Assembly: GCA_005223085.1 (NCBI GenBank)
Contig: NJBP01000003.1
Location: 2,406-66,405 of the forward strand
Direction: 5' to 3'
DNA length: 64,000 bases
Source of the DNA: Candidatus Aerophobetes bacterium Ae_b3b
GTDB lineage: Bacteria; Aerophobota; Aerophobia; Aerophobales; AE-B3A
The notes below the pieces were generated by a model that saw only the letters and a program-made list of their open reading frames with translations, was not told the DNA's origin and made no database searches. This document shows, piece after piece, positions 46,576-54,674 of this stretch. Position 1 is the first letter of the stretch. Each line of letters begins with the position of its first letter. A program made the translations under genes and the position numbers.

Positions 46576-47277
46576 TTATTCCAGATATACACTGTGGACA
46601 TCTTTATTATCTCTTATTTCCTCAGGTGAACCTTCAGCTATTTTGCATCCTTCATCTAAAACGAAAATCCAGTCAGAAGTTCTCATAATGGGTCTTATCT
46701 CATGTCCTATCTGGAATATGGTGTATCCTTGATCACGGAGAGTTTCAACAATTTGACAAATTTTCTCTATCTCTGTCGGAACTAGGCCACCTACAAGTTC
46801 ATCTAATAGTATTAACTTGGGAGTCGTAGCCAATGCTCTTCCTAATTCAACCAGCTTGCTATCAAGTGGGGGGAGACTTGAAACAATCTCTTTTTCTTTC
46901 TTTTCTAGCCCGAGAAACTCTAGGATTTCATAAACTCTTTCCTTCCTCCTCTGCTCTTCCATACTATCCTTTAACATTCCTGCGATTACATTGTCAAAAA
47001 CACTTAAGTTTGGGAAAAGGTTCTTCTGCTGATAGGTTCTGGCAATTCCCTTCCTGCAGATTTCATAGGGTTTCATATCTGTAATATCCTCACCCATAAA
47101 TTCAATCTTCCCCGAGTCTGCAGGAAGGGTTCCCGTTATCAAGTTAAAAAGAGTGGTTTTACCAGCCCCATTCGGCCCAATCAAGCTCCAGATTTTTCTG
47201 CTTTCCAGAACAAGGCTAACGTTTTCAAGAGCATGAAGTCCACCAAACCTTTTGTGTAAATTTCTTATCATCAACAT
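46576..47277 (-). CDS. Liv-type ABC ATPase (LivG-like)
   Basis: GPNGAGKTT and LLDELVGGL. 233 aa. Confidence 0.8.
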   Translation of the reverse strand: MLMIRNLHKRFGGLHALENVSLVLESRKIWSLIGPNGAGKTTLFNLITGTLPADSGKIEFMGEDITDMKPYEICRKGIARTYQQKNLFPNLSVFDNVIAGMLKDSMEEQRRKERVYEILEFLGLEKKEKEIVSSLPPLDSKLVELGRALATTPKLILLDELVGGLVPTEIEKICQIVETLRDQGYTIFQIGHEIRPIMRTSDWIFVLDEGCKIAEGSPEEIRDNKDVHSVYLE

Positions 47278-47347
47278 GGTTAATTTTTAATCCACCCTTC
47301 TTAGCTAGATATTTCTATTTGCCGACAATAAACTCCTGAACTATATT

Positions 47348-48667
47348 TTACCGCGCTCTCTCATATTTTTCCCCTGATTCAAGTTTTTTGAATCCTTTCA
47401 ATTCATCGAGTATTTCCAGCATAGTACTCTCAGCCGTTTCGTACACTCTCACCAATTCTGGATGGAGACCAAAGGTAGGATCCAGATCAGAAGAACCAGG
47501 TACGAACTTAATAATCGCACCCTTGGCGCCTTTATTGTTTCCATATCCGTCCAATGGTCCCATTGGACTAATACATACGTTTTGGAACGATGTTTTTTGC
47601 ATCAAATCAATAATCACATCGGGATCTTTGGTCCCCGCCTTTTCATAAACTTCTTTAATCCAGTAGATCACTTGATAGTAATTATTAGTGTATGCCTCAG
47701 GGTAAGCTTTTTCACCGTATTTAGCTTTCCATTTCTTTACAAAGTCTTTCCAGGCTTCGCTCGTTGGATCATGATCGGCAAGGGTATATATATTTTCTGC
47801 TCCATACTCTCCGGTTATCTTTGCACCCCCCATGTTTGAGTAGGTTGTACCATAGAGCATTATCCGGGGCATGGCGCCAGCATCCCGCAACTGTTTAGCC
47901 ACGCTAAACCATCCAGCTCCAGTATATGGACAGAAAATCGCATCCGGTTTTTCCTCTTTAATGATTAATACCTCAGTGCTGTAATCTGTTTTGTCAAGTG
48001 GAGTATAGATGACCGGGCTTATCTCAAAAGGTTTACCGTTCTTTTCCCAATAGGCTTTTAAGCCCATACCATTACTGTATCCCCAATCGTAATCCCCTCC
48101 TATGAGTGCTACCTTTTTTGCTCCCATTTCCTCAAAGAACCTGCCCGCAAGCTGACCGGCAAAATAATCAGCATAACCATAGTAGACTACCCATTTGCTC
48201 ACTGGAACTTCTCCAGGAGGAAGATACTTACTCATACTGAGGTGCCCTCCCACAAAGCATGGGATTTTATATTTTGGAGCTTCCACACATAGCGGGCTAA
48301 TGGTAGTTTCAAGAGCTGCTCCTCCCATTACATCGGGTTTCCAAGTTCCCACTTCTCTGCTGAGCTTTCTCTTAAGTACGGAAGGTTTTGTCTCCGTATC
48401 TATAACCTTATATTCAATCCCTGAAAAGCCTTTTATACCCTCTCTATTAATCTCTTCCACAGCCAATTTCATAGCTCTATCATAAGCCGGACCTATGTTA
48501 CCTGCAGCCCCTGAAAAAGCAACAGTACCCAGAATCCGTATAGGTTCTTCCTTCTTTTCTGCTGATGCTACCAAAATGCTGGAGACAAGTCCAACAGCCA
48601 GCAATACCCCAATGCCCCCTACGATCATCAGCTTCAGCCTGCTTTTTTTAAATATTTTCCTTAACAT
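47348..48667 (-). CDS. Liv-type periplasmic substrate-binding protein (type I, Leu/Ile/Val-binding-like)
   Basis: N-terminal anchor and 439 aa. First gene of the Liv-type operon. Confidence 0.7.
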   Translation of the reverse strand: MLRKIFKKSRLKLMIVGGIGVLLAVGLVSSILVASAEKKEEPIRILGTVAFSGAAGNIGPAYDRAMKLAVEEINREGIKGFSGIEYKVIDTETKPSVLKRKLSREVGTWKPDVMGGAALETTISPLCVEAPKYKIPCFVGGHLSMSKYLPPGEVPVSKWVVYYGYADYFAGQLAGRFFEEMGAKKVALIGGDYDWGYSNGMGLKAYWEKNGKPFEISPVIYTPLDKTDYSTEVLIIKEEKPDAIFCPYTGAGWFSVAKQLRDAGAMPRIMLYGTTYSNMGGAKITGEYGAENIYTLADHDPTSEAWKDFVKKWKAKYGEKAYPEAYTNNYYQVIYWIKEVYEKAGTKDPDVIIDLMQKTSFQNVCISPMGPLDGYGNNKGAKGAIIKFVPGSSDLDPTFGLHPELVRVYETAESTMLEILDELKGFKKLESGEKYERAR

Positions 48668-48973
48668 ATGCTCCCTCCCTTGGTCAATAATTCTTTAATA
48701 TCTTTTTGACATGGTTCATTTTTCTGGGCAAAGCTCCCGAAAGAGAAGTTAATCTTTCAACACTTTTCTCTTCGGAAAGCCCTGCTTGGCCTTGAGCTAG
48801 TGGCCTGCCTACCTTCTCACCTCCCTCCAGCCTCATTTTTACTTTTTCCTTGCTAAGGACCTACCTTCCTGCTTTTTCTTTACCTATTCAAGACTTTCCA
48901 ACTTACCATTTTAATTTCGTCTTCCCCCGCAAATCTATCACTCACACCTTCACATTACCCCAAAATCGCTCAT

Positions 48974-50017
48974 CTATTTTCCCATTGCCTGTGCAATTTC
49001 GCTTAGTTCAGGATGCACTACTTTCCCTTCTTTGAGTAACAACTCATCATCTACCCATACAGTAGAATTCAAGCATATCCCGTCAGCATGAGATACAGCA
49101 TCTCCCAGACTACCTTCAAACATGGGTCCCTGATAACCATTTCCCCATTCAGTAGATCCCCATACACGTTCATCCTCAGTACATAACCCTGTGAGTATTG
49201 CTCCCGGATTGAACCCGTAACATATATGAGCCAAATTATACATATTCGGATCACCGAGCTTTTTCAGCCAATTACTCATCTTTTTGGCTTCATCCTGACC
49301 CTTAACTTCAACAATTCTCCCTTCTTTTATGGTCAATTCAATCGGATGAGCAAGGATTCCGAGATCAGCTTCCCCGCCACCAGAAAATGATCCATCAAAT
49401 ACTATAACCCCATTAATACTTTCTTCACGAGGGGCCCATCCAATCTGGCCTACCAGAAAATGTGGTCCCGGTACATCTGCTCGCAGCTCATTGGTAATGG
49501 GGCGCTCGTGCACATTCTCAAAAGAAACGTCAGTACCTGCTGGTGTCGTAACACGCATCTTGGAAGCTTTTTTCGTGAGCTCGACCACCTTATTCTGAAA
49601 TTTTTCTTGCAAATCCATATCAAGTTTGGCAATACATCTGGTAATGCGTTCTGGATCTAATCCTCCTAGAAAAAGGTACCGCGTTCTCTCGTTGGACATC
49701 GCTTCTATCCACGGAGTGGAATATAGGAGCCACTGGTTATTGAATTCTATCCATACATCTGCTGCTGGTATGGCTTTTTTAAGAGATTCCGGTAACTGCG
49801 GATCAGCCACTTTGCCATAACCATTGGGCGTTGTATGCCACGCTACCATTACTTTCCCGCCAGCAGCTTCAGCTGCCTTGGCAACTTCTACTACTGGTTT
49901 AAAATACATTGCTGAATCTACTGTTAGTATTACGGATTCTCCTTTTTTGATTCTACACATTTCATGAGCTACTATATAGCTCGCTTTTCCTAATTCTAAT
50001 TCAAACCTCTCTGGCAT
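48974..50017 (-). CDS. M29 / NicX-like superfamily protein, paralog 2
   Basis: 347 aa. It is colinear with 42870-43916 and by eye more than half of positions are identical (KVMVAWH.TP.GYGK, NNQWLLYSTPW, GQIGWAPRE, EDER.WGSTEWG.GYQGPM). Confidence 0.5.
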   Translation of the reverse strand: MPERFELELGKASYIVAHEMCRIKKGESVILTVDSAMYFKPVVEVAKAAEAAGGKVMVAWHTTPNGYGKVADPQLPESLKKAIPAADVWIEFNNQWLLYSTPWIEAMSNERTRYLFLGGLDPERITRCIAKLDMDLQEKFQNKVVELTKKASKMRVTTPAGTDVSFENVHERPITNELRADVPGPHFLVGQIGWAPREESINGVIVFDGSFSGGGEADLGILAHPIELTIKEGRIVEVKGQDEAKKMSNWLKKLGDPNMYNLAHICYGFNPGAILTGLCTEDERVWGSTEWGNGYQGPMFEGSLGDAVSHADGICLNSTVWVDDELLLKEGKVVHPELSEIAQAMGK

Positions 50018-50037
50018 CTTCTCTTCCTCCTTCTTTT

Positions 50038-50739
50038 TTAAAGCATTTCTTTCTCTGAGGGCGCCTCATACGCAATTGTGCTCGTCTTAAGACCCATACT
50101 CACATATATTTCTGCCAACCTCAATGAGGCCACTGCCGGATCAACTACCGGTACTCCTAATTTCTGTTGTAATTTTTTTGCTAAAGATGACATGCCGGTA
50201 CACCCAAGAACGATACCTTCCGTCCCATCGTTTTCTATAGCTATTTTAGCTTCTGCCAAGATAGCCTTAAATGCCTTTTCCTCATCTTTTAGGTCCAATA
50301 CAGGAATATTAGCAAACCGTACCGAGGCCACCCTGCTTCCAAAACCATACTTGTTTATGTTTTCTCTGATTTCATCGGCAGTACTTTTTAATACGGTGAC
50401 TACCGAAAACTTCCTGCACAATCCGAGAGCCAGAAGATAGCTCGCTTCACCTGCACTGGTGACAGGTATTGTAACTGCTTCGCGGCAGGCTCTTACAACA
50501 GTATCCATGGCACAATCTAAACTTACCGCATCATAACCTTCTTTCTCTGCCTTTTTGACTTCTTCGATAATATATGGGGCTGCAAGAGCCTCATCATATG
50601 CTGATTCAATAGATACTGGTCCATGACTTAAACATACAACTTCTACTTCATTTCCAGGTGAGGCTGCCTTTCTTCGCTCTTCAACTTGGCTATCTCTAAA
50701 TTTAATCGATGAGTTTGGTATTACTATCTTAACTCTCAT
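50038..50739 (-). CDS. Asp/Glu/hydantoin racemase family protein, copy 2
   Basis: GPVSIES, Cys regions LDCAMD and LGCTGM, and PVVDPA. It is distantly related to copy 1, roughly a third of positions by eye. Confidence 0.7.
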   Translation of the reverse strand: MRVKIVIPNSSIKFRDSQVEERRKAASPGNEVEVVCLSHGPVSIESAYDEALAAPYIIEEVKKAEKEGYDAVSLDCAMDTVVRACREAVTIPVTSAGEASYLLALGLCRKFSVVTVLKSTADEIRENINKYGFGSRVASVRFANIPVLDLKDEEKAFKAILAEAKIAIENDGTEGIVLGCTGMSSLAKKLQQKLGVPVVDPAVASLRLAEIYVSMGLKTSTIAYEAPSEKEML

Positions 50740-50786
50740 ATCTGATTATTTTGCATCCTCCTTTTTTGATTATTGTTCCTGTGAGA

Positions 50787-50814
50787 ATAGTAGAACATAT
50801 GTATAATCTGTCAA
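50787..50814 (-). promoter_or_regulatory. Candidate promoter (TTGACA-16-TACTAT) reading into racemase-2 and the long co-directional array
   Basis: Reverse complement of 50809-50814 is TTGACA, and of 50787-50792 is TACTAT. The -35 again coincides with the left edge of repeat R (copy 2). Confidence 0.4.
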
Positions 50815-50950
50815 GAAAAAAATTCTTTTGGCTACAATGATACTATTGACTTTTTATTAGATTTTAGAGAACTCCGAAAAACTCCTATTTGATTTTAAAA
50901 GTGGAGGGAACCATCTGCCAAATTACTATTTTTCGGAACGTTATCCCCAA
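50808..50950. repeat. Repeat R, copy 2
   Basis: See copy 1 at 26966-27112. Confidence 0.75.
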
Positions 50951-51006
50951 CTTCCCACTGTTTCTGTAAATTCCATGAAGGTAGGAAATTCACGGGTAGA
51001 GCAAGC
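50934..51006 (-). pseudogene. Second remnant of the lplA-like gene, with ~290-bp internal deletion and 5' truncation
   Basis: 50934-50950 matches 27096-27112. 50958-51006 matches about 27403-27465 (ggaaattca..ggtagagcaagc). The sequence between these matches in copy 1 is absent here. Confidence 0.6.
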
Positions 51007-51402
51007 AAAAGATTAGAGCAAGAGGGGGCAAAAAAGGTTATTCCCCTTCCGGTAAGTGGTCCCTTTCACACCTCCTTTATGAGACGCGCAGCTTTAAAAT
51101 TCAGTCAAGAATTAGATCGCATCGCTTTCTCTGATCCCTGCTGCAAAGTTCTCACCAATGCCTTTGCCCGCTATGCCTTAAGCGGCGAAGAAATTAAAAG
51201 CGCCCTTCGGATGCAGATGGATCATCCCGTTCTCTGGGAGGATTCTATGAGGAAACTACTCACTGATGGAATCGATCTATTCATTGAAGTAGGACCAGGA
51301 GAGGTTCTCAAGGGGCTCCTGCGAAGAATTGACAGGAGAGCATCGGTTTTGGGAATGGAAAATTCCGAGGATCTAGAGAGAATTGAGGACTACGGTAGCT
51401 AA
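51000..51402 (+). pseudogene. fabD 3' fragment (copy of nt 15756-16158, up to and including the stop codon)
   Basis: 403 nt against 403 nt with no indel. About 88% identity by hand count over the last 327 nt (~40 mismatches). It is in frame throughout (..[54 protein letters not shown]..). About 18 of ~34 altered codons are synonymous. Confidence 0.9.
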
Positions 51403-51448
51403 ATTTTATTTACAATTTGGGATTAAAGTAGACTAAAAAGGAGCCTTC

Positions 51449-51485
51449 CCAGGGTATTTAGCTTATGTCAGGCTAAATACCCTGG
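51449..51485. terminator. Perfect 14-bp stem-loop (CCAGGGTATTTAGC-9 nt-GCTAAATACCCTGG) between the convergent fabD' fragment and potD
   Basis: Read directly. No long U-tract on either side, so it is a hairpin of uncertain terminator efficiency. Confidence 0.45.
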
Positions 51486-51578
51486 CAGCCTCACTCAGGT
51501 TTTTAGAGACCCATGTTTCTCCCATCTTTCTTTGAAAAGGTACTGGTAGTCTGCGATAAATACTTTGATCTTCTTATT

Positions 51579-52682
51579 CTATGGGGCTGCTTTTACCTCT
51601 TGCCACATTTCTATCCAATCTGCCATAGTAGCGTATTTGCCAGGCTCAAGTGGCAAAGGACCATTGGGTTTACTCTCTGCAAAAAACTCTACCAGAGTAT
51701 CATAGGGATACAGACTTTTTTCCTCCTCACTTAACAACGGCTTAACGTCAGTAGTTACGGCACCCCAATAATTCTTTACCACACCCACATGCTGAACGTA
51801 AGGTGTTAGCACCTCATTAATCAGTGCATATGCAGCTTCTGGGTTAGGGGCATTGACGGGGATGCAATAGCTGTCAATAAAAACAAGGGTACCTTCCTTC
51901 GGGATATTCCACTCTAAATTATACCCTTCTTCTTTCGCCAGTTTTGCTATCATGAGATCCCCACTAGTAGCCTGTAGATCAACTTCTCCGCTTATAAGCA
52001 TCGATTTTGCTTCTCCCTTGGAAATCACTATTGCTCTTGCGCCCTTTTTCAGTTTGATCAGGAAATCCTTAGCCTTAGCAAATTCCTCCGGCGTCAAAAG
52101 ACTCGGGTCACCCTTCTTTCCAGTGGCTTTTGCTGCCTGTGTTATCGCCCCCAGCGCCTCATCCTGCATAATATATCTACCTTTCCATTCAGGTTTAAGT
52201 AAATCCCAGTAGGACTCTAGAGGACCCACTTTATCTGCGTTATAGACGACATCGTTTTTGCCAAAGTTTATTGGTACAGCCCATACTTTCCCTTCGAAGT
52301 TAAACATCTCCATTGCGTCCAGGATTCCGGGATCAAGATTTTTATAGTTTGGTATTTTGCTTACGTCAATCGGTTGCAGTAGATTGTTCACCACTAGTTG
52401 TTCAATATTCGCTTGATTCGGAGTTACAATATCATACTCGGCTCCTGCTTTCAGTTTTGCAAATATCTCATCGTTACTGGCTATGTAAGTCGGATCAATT
52501 GTCACTCCATATTTTTCTTTAAACTCTTTGAATGCTTCAGTGAATTCATAACCTTCCCAACCAAGTATTCTGATCGACCCACTTATCTTCTTTTCTGCAA
52601 AGGATACGCCTAAAGCGAAACTACTAACCAGCACACATAGAGTCAAAGAAGTGATAATCAAGAGTTTTCTTTTCTTTAACAT
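51579..52682 (-). CDS. PotD-like polyamine-type ABC substrate-binding protein
   Basis: Signal anchor and 367 aa, with PotD/PotF-like features (ILGWEGY, YDIVTP). Confidence 0.75.
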   Translation of the reverse strand: MLKKRKLLIITSLTLCVLVSSFALGVSFAEKKISGSIRILGWEGYEFTEAFKEFKEKYGVTIDPTYIASNDEIFAKLKAGAEYDIVTPNQANIEQLVVNNLLQPIDVSKIPNYKNLDPGILDAMEMFNFEGKVWAVPINFGKNDVVYNADKVGPLESYWDLLKPEWKGRYIMQDEALGAITQAAKATGKKGDPSLLTPEEFAKAKDFLIKLKKGARAIVISKGEAKSMLISGEVDLQATSGDLMIAKLAKEEGYNLEWNIPKEGTLVFIDSYCIPVNAPNPEAAYALINEVLTPYVQHVGVVKNYWGAVTTDVKPLLSEEEKSLYPYDTLVEFFAESKPNGPLPLEPGKYATMADWIEMWQEVKAAP

Positions 52683-52976
52683 TGGTAACCTCCTCGATTA
52701 TACTACAAAACTTGTAACTCAAGACGGTTTAAACTCCCACGGAAATTTCCCGGGAGAAATGCCAACTATCCAACACCTCTCCTCAGACAACTTCCATTCC
52801 CAAGCCGAAGCGGCCTACCCGCATTCTCACCCCCTCCTGGCCTTTTATTTCTAGCTTTTACTTTCTTGAAGAAAGATTTTGCCAATATTTTATCGATCCT
52901 TTTTCGTCAAAAAACTACCGTTCTCATCATAGCTTCACGTCCTCTTGCATAGTCCAAAGAAGCCGATAAACGAGGA

Positions 52977-53777
52977 TTAATACAGAGTTCTCAATTTCGC
53001 GATTCTATTCGCTATTATGATTAACGTGATGGAAATAGCTAAAACCATAGTTGCAATTACGTTTACTGTGGGAGAAACTCCTCTTCTTAACATTCCCCAT
53101 ATCACTATAGGAAGGGTATTTTTCCTCCCTACCACAAAAAAAGTAACGAGAAATTCATCAAAAGAGAGGCCAAAACTAAGCATCATAGTTCCAATTAATG
53201 AAGGTCTTATTAGAGGAAAGGTCACATACCTGAATGTTTGTAGTGCATTTGCCCCAAGATCCTTAGCTGCTTCCTCAATCGTAATGTCAAATTTATCAAG
53301 CCGCGCATTCATAATTAGTACCACAAATGGTGTAACAAATACTACGTGACTTAACGTAACCGTCAAAAGTGATCTAGAAATTCCCAATACAGATGCGAAA
53401 AAAGATAATAGTGAAATGCCAAGAATAATGGCCGGCAGAGTGATTGGTAGAAGGACAATGTATGACATCATTTCTTTAAACCTGAACCGATACCTTGTTA
53501 AAGCAAATGAGGCAAGCACTCCTATGAAAACCGATACACATGAAACCATAAGCCCCACATAAACGCTATTTATTAGTGCCGAAATAAAGATTTCATTTCT
53601 TAATACCTCTCGATACCATTTTGTGGTGAAACCCCTCATTGGGAATACAGTGGCAGAAGTAGGGTTGAAAGAGAAAAGCACAATAATTACTATTGGCAAC
53701 AATAGAAAGATCATAATTAACACAGTAGATAAATCTAGTACTCCGAATCTAAAACTCTTGCCTCTTGTTGTCCTCAC
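52977..53777 (-). CDS. Pot-type ABC permease (PotC-like)
   Basis: EAA loop EEAAKDLGANALQTFRYVTFPLI. Confidence 0.8.
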   Translation of the reverse strand: MRTTRGKSFRFGVLDLSTVLIMIFLLLPIVIIVLFSFNPTSATVFPMRGFTTKWYREVLRNEIFISALINSVYVGLMVSCVSVFIGVLASFALTRYRFRFKEMMSYIVLLPITLPAIILGISLLSFFASVLGISRSLLTVTLSHVVFVTPFVVLIMNARLDKFDITIEEAAKDLGANALQTFRYVTFPLIRPSLIGTMMLSFGLSFDEFLVTFFVVGRKNTLPIVIWGMLRRGVSPTVNVIATMVLAISITLIIIANRIAKLRTLY

Positions 53778-53784
53778 TTAAAGA

Positions 53785-54633
53785 TTACCTCCTAAGCTTC
53801 AGAATCTTGAGTATCCAAATCAAACAGTACACTAGAAGAGCCAGTAGAAATAAGGTGAAGTAAGAAAGAGCAGACCCAAATGGCCAGTTATAGCGCATTC
53901 CAAACTGATCCGCTATAATCTTTCCTATCATCATTCCAGTTGTTCCACCAACAAGTTGTGGAGTAACATAATCTCCCGCGGAAAGTATAAAACTAAAAAT
54001 AAAGCCAGTTACCACCCCCGACATGCTCAAAGGGAGAGTGACCTTGTAAAAAGCCTCAAAATTGTTTGCCCCCAGGTCCTTAGCAGCTTCAATTAACTCT
54101 GGTTTGACATTCTGTAGGGAAGAAAATATTGGGAGAATGGTAAAGGGGACAAATATAAATACCAGCGTTATTATCACTGCTGTTGGACTATACAAAAGAA
54201 ATGAGAGTGGTTCTTTTGTTAAGCCTATGTACTGTAAGATCTGATTGATTAGTCCCTGTCTCCCAAGAATAGTCTTCCAAGCATAAATCCTAACCAGGTA
54301 ACTGCTAAAGAGTGAGATCAAAATCAAATATAAAACAAAATCCTGCATTTTTTTGTATTTGAAAGTTAGTGAGTAGGCAACTGGATAGCTCACAACCACA
54401 CAGATTATGGCAGCTATAAAGGCTATGCGAATTGACCTTAGTATAATAATAAGGTAGAGTTTTTTTGAAAAAATGGCCCAGTAATTCTCCAGCGTAAACG
54501 TTGGCACAAGTCCTCTTGCTGTTGTTAACCAAAAACTATAAGTGAGCAAAATACCCAGAGGAATAAAAAAGAACAAGATATAATAAACCCAGAAAGGCAA
54601 CAGCAAAAATATGTGTATTTTCCCCTTTCTCAT
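53785..54633 (-). CDS. Pot-type ABC permease (PotB-like)
   Basis: EAA loop IEAAKDLGANNFEAFYKVTLPLS. Confidence 0.8.
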   Translation of the reverse strand: MRKGKIHIFLLLPFWVYYILFFFIPLGILLTYSFWLTTARGLVPTFTLENYWAIFSKKLYLIIILRSIRIAFIAAIICVVVSYPVAYSLTFKYKKMQDFVLYLILISLFSSYLVRIYAWKTILGRQGLINQILQYIGLTKEPLSFLLYSPTAVIITLVFIFVPFTILPIFSSLQNVKPELIEAAKDLGANNFEAFYKVTLPLSMSGVVTGFIFSFILSAGDYVTPQLVGGTTGMMIGKIIADQFGMRYNWPFGSALSYFTLFLLALLVYCLIWILKILKLRR

Positions 54634-54674
54634 AACAAAAAACAGCCTTCCTTTTCAGAAAAACTAACTTGCAC

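Noticed and set aside
52697-52702. Perfect TATAAT (- strand) just upstream of the Pot-2 SBP start, considered as an internal promoter
   Set aside because: It sits only 4 nt from the GAGGAGG RBS, so a transcript would start inside or after the RBS. The only TTGAGT -35 candidate is 14 nt away.
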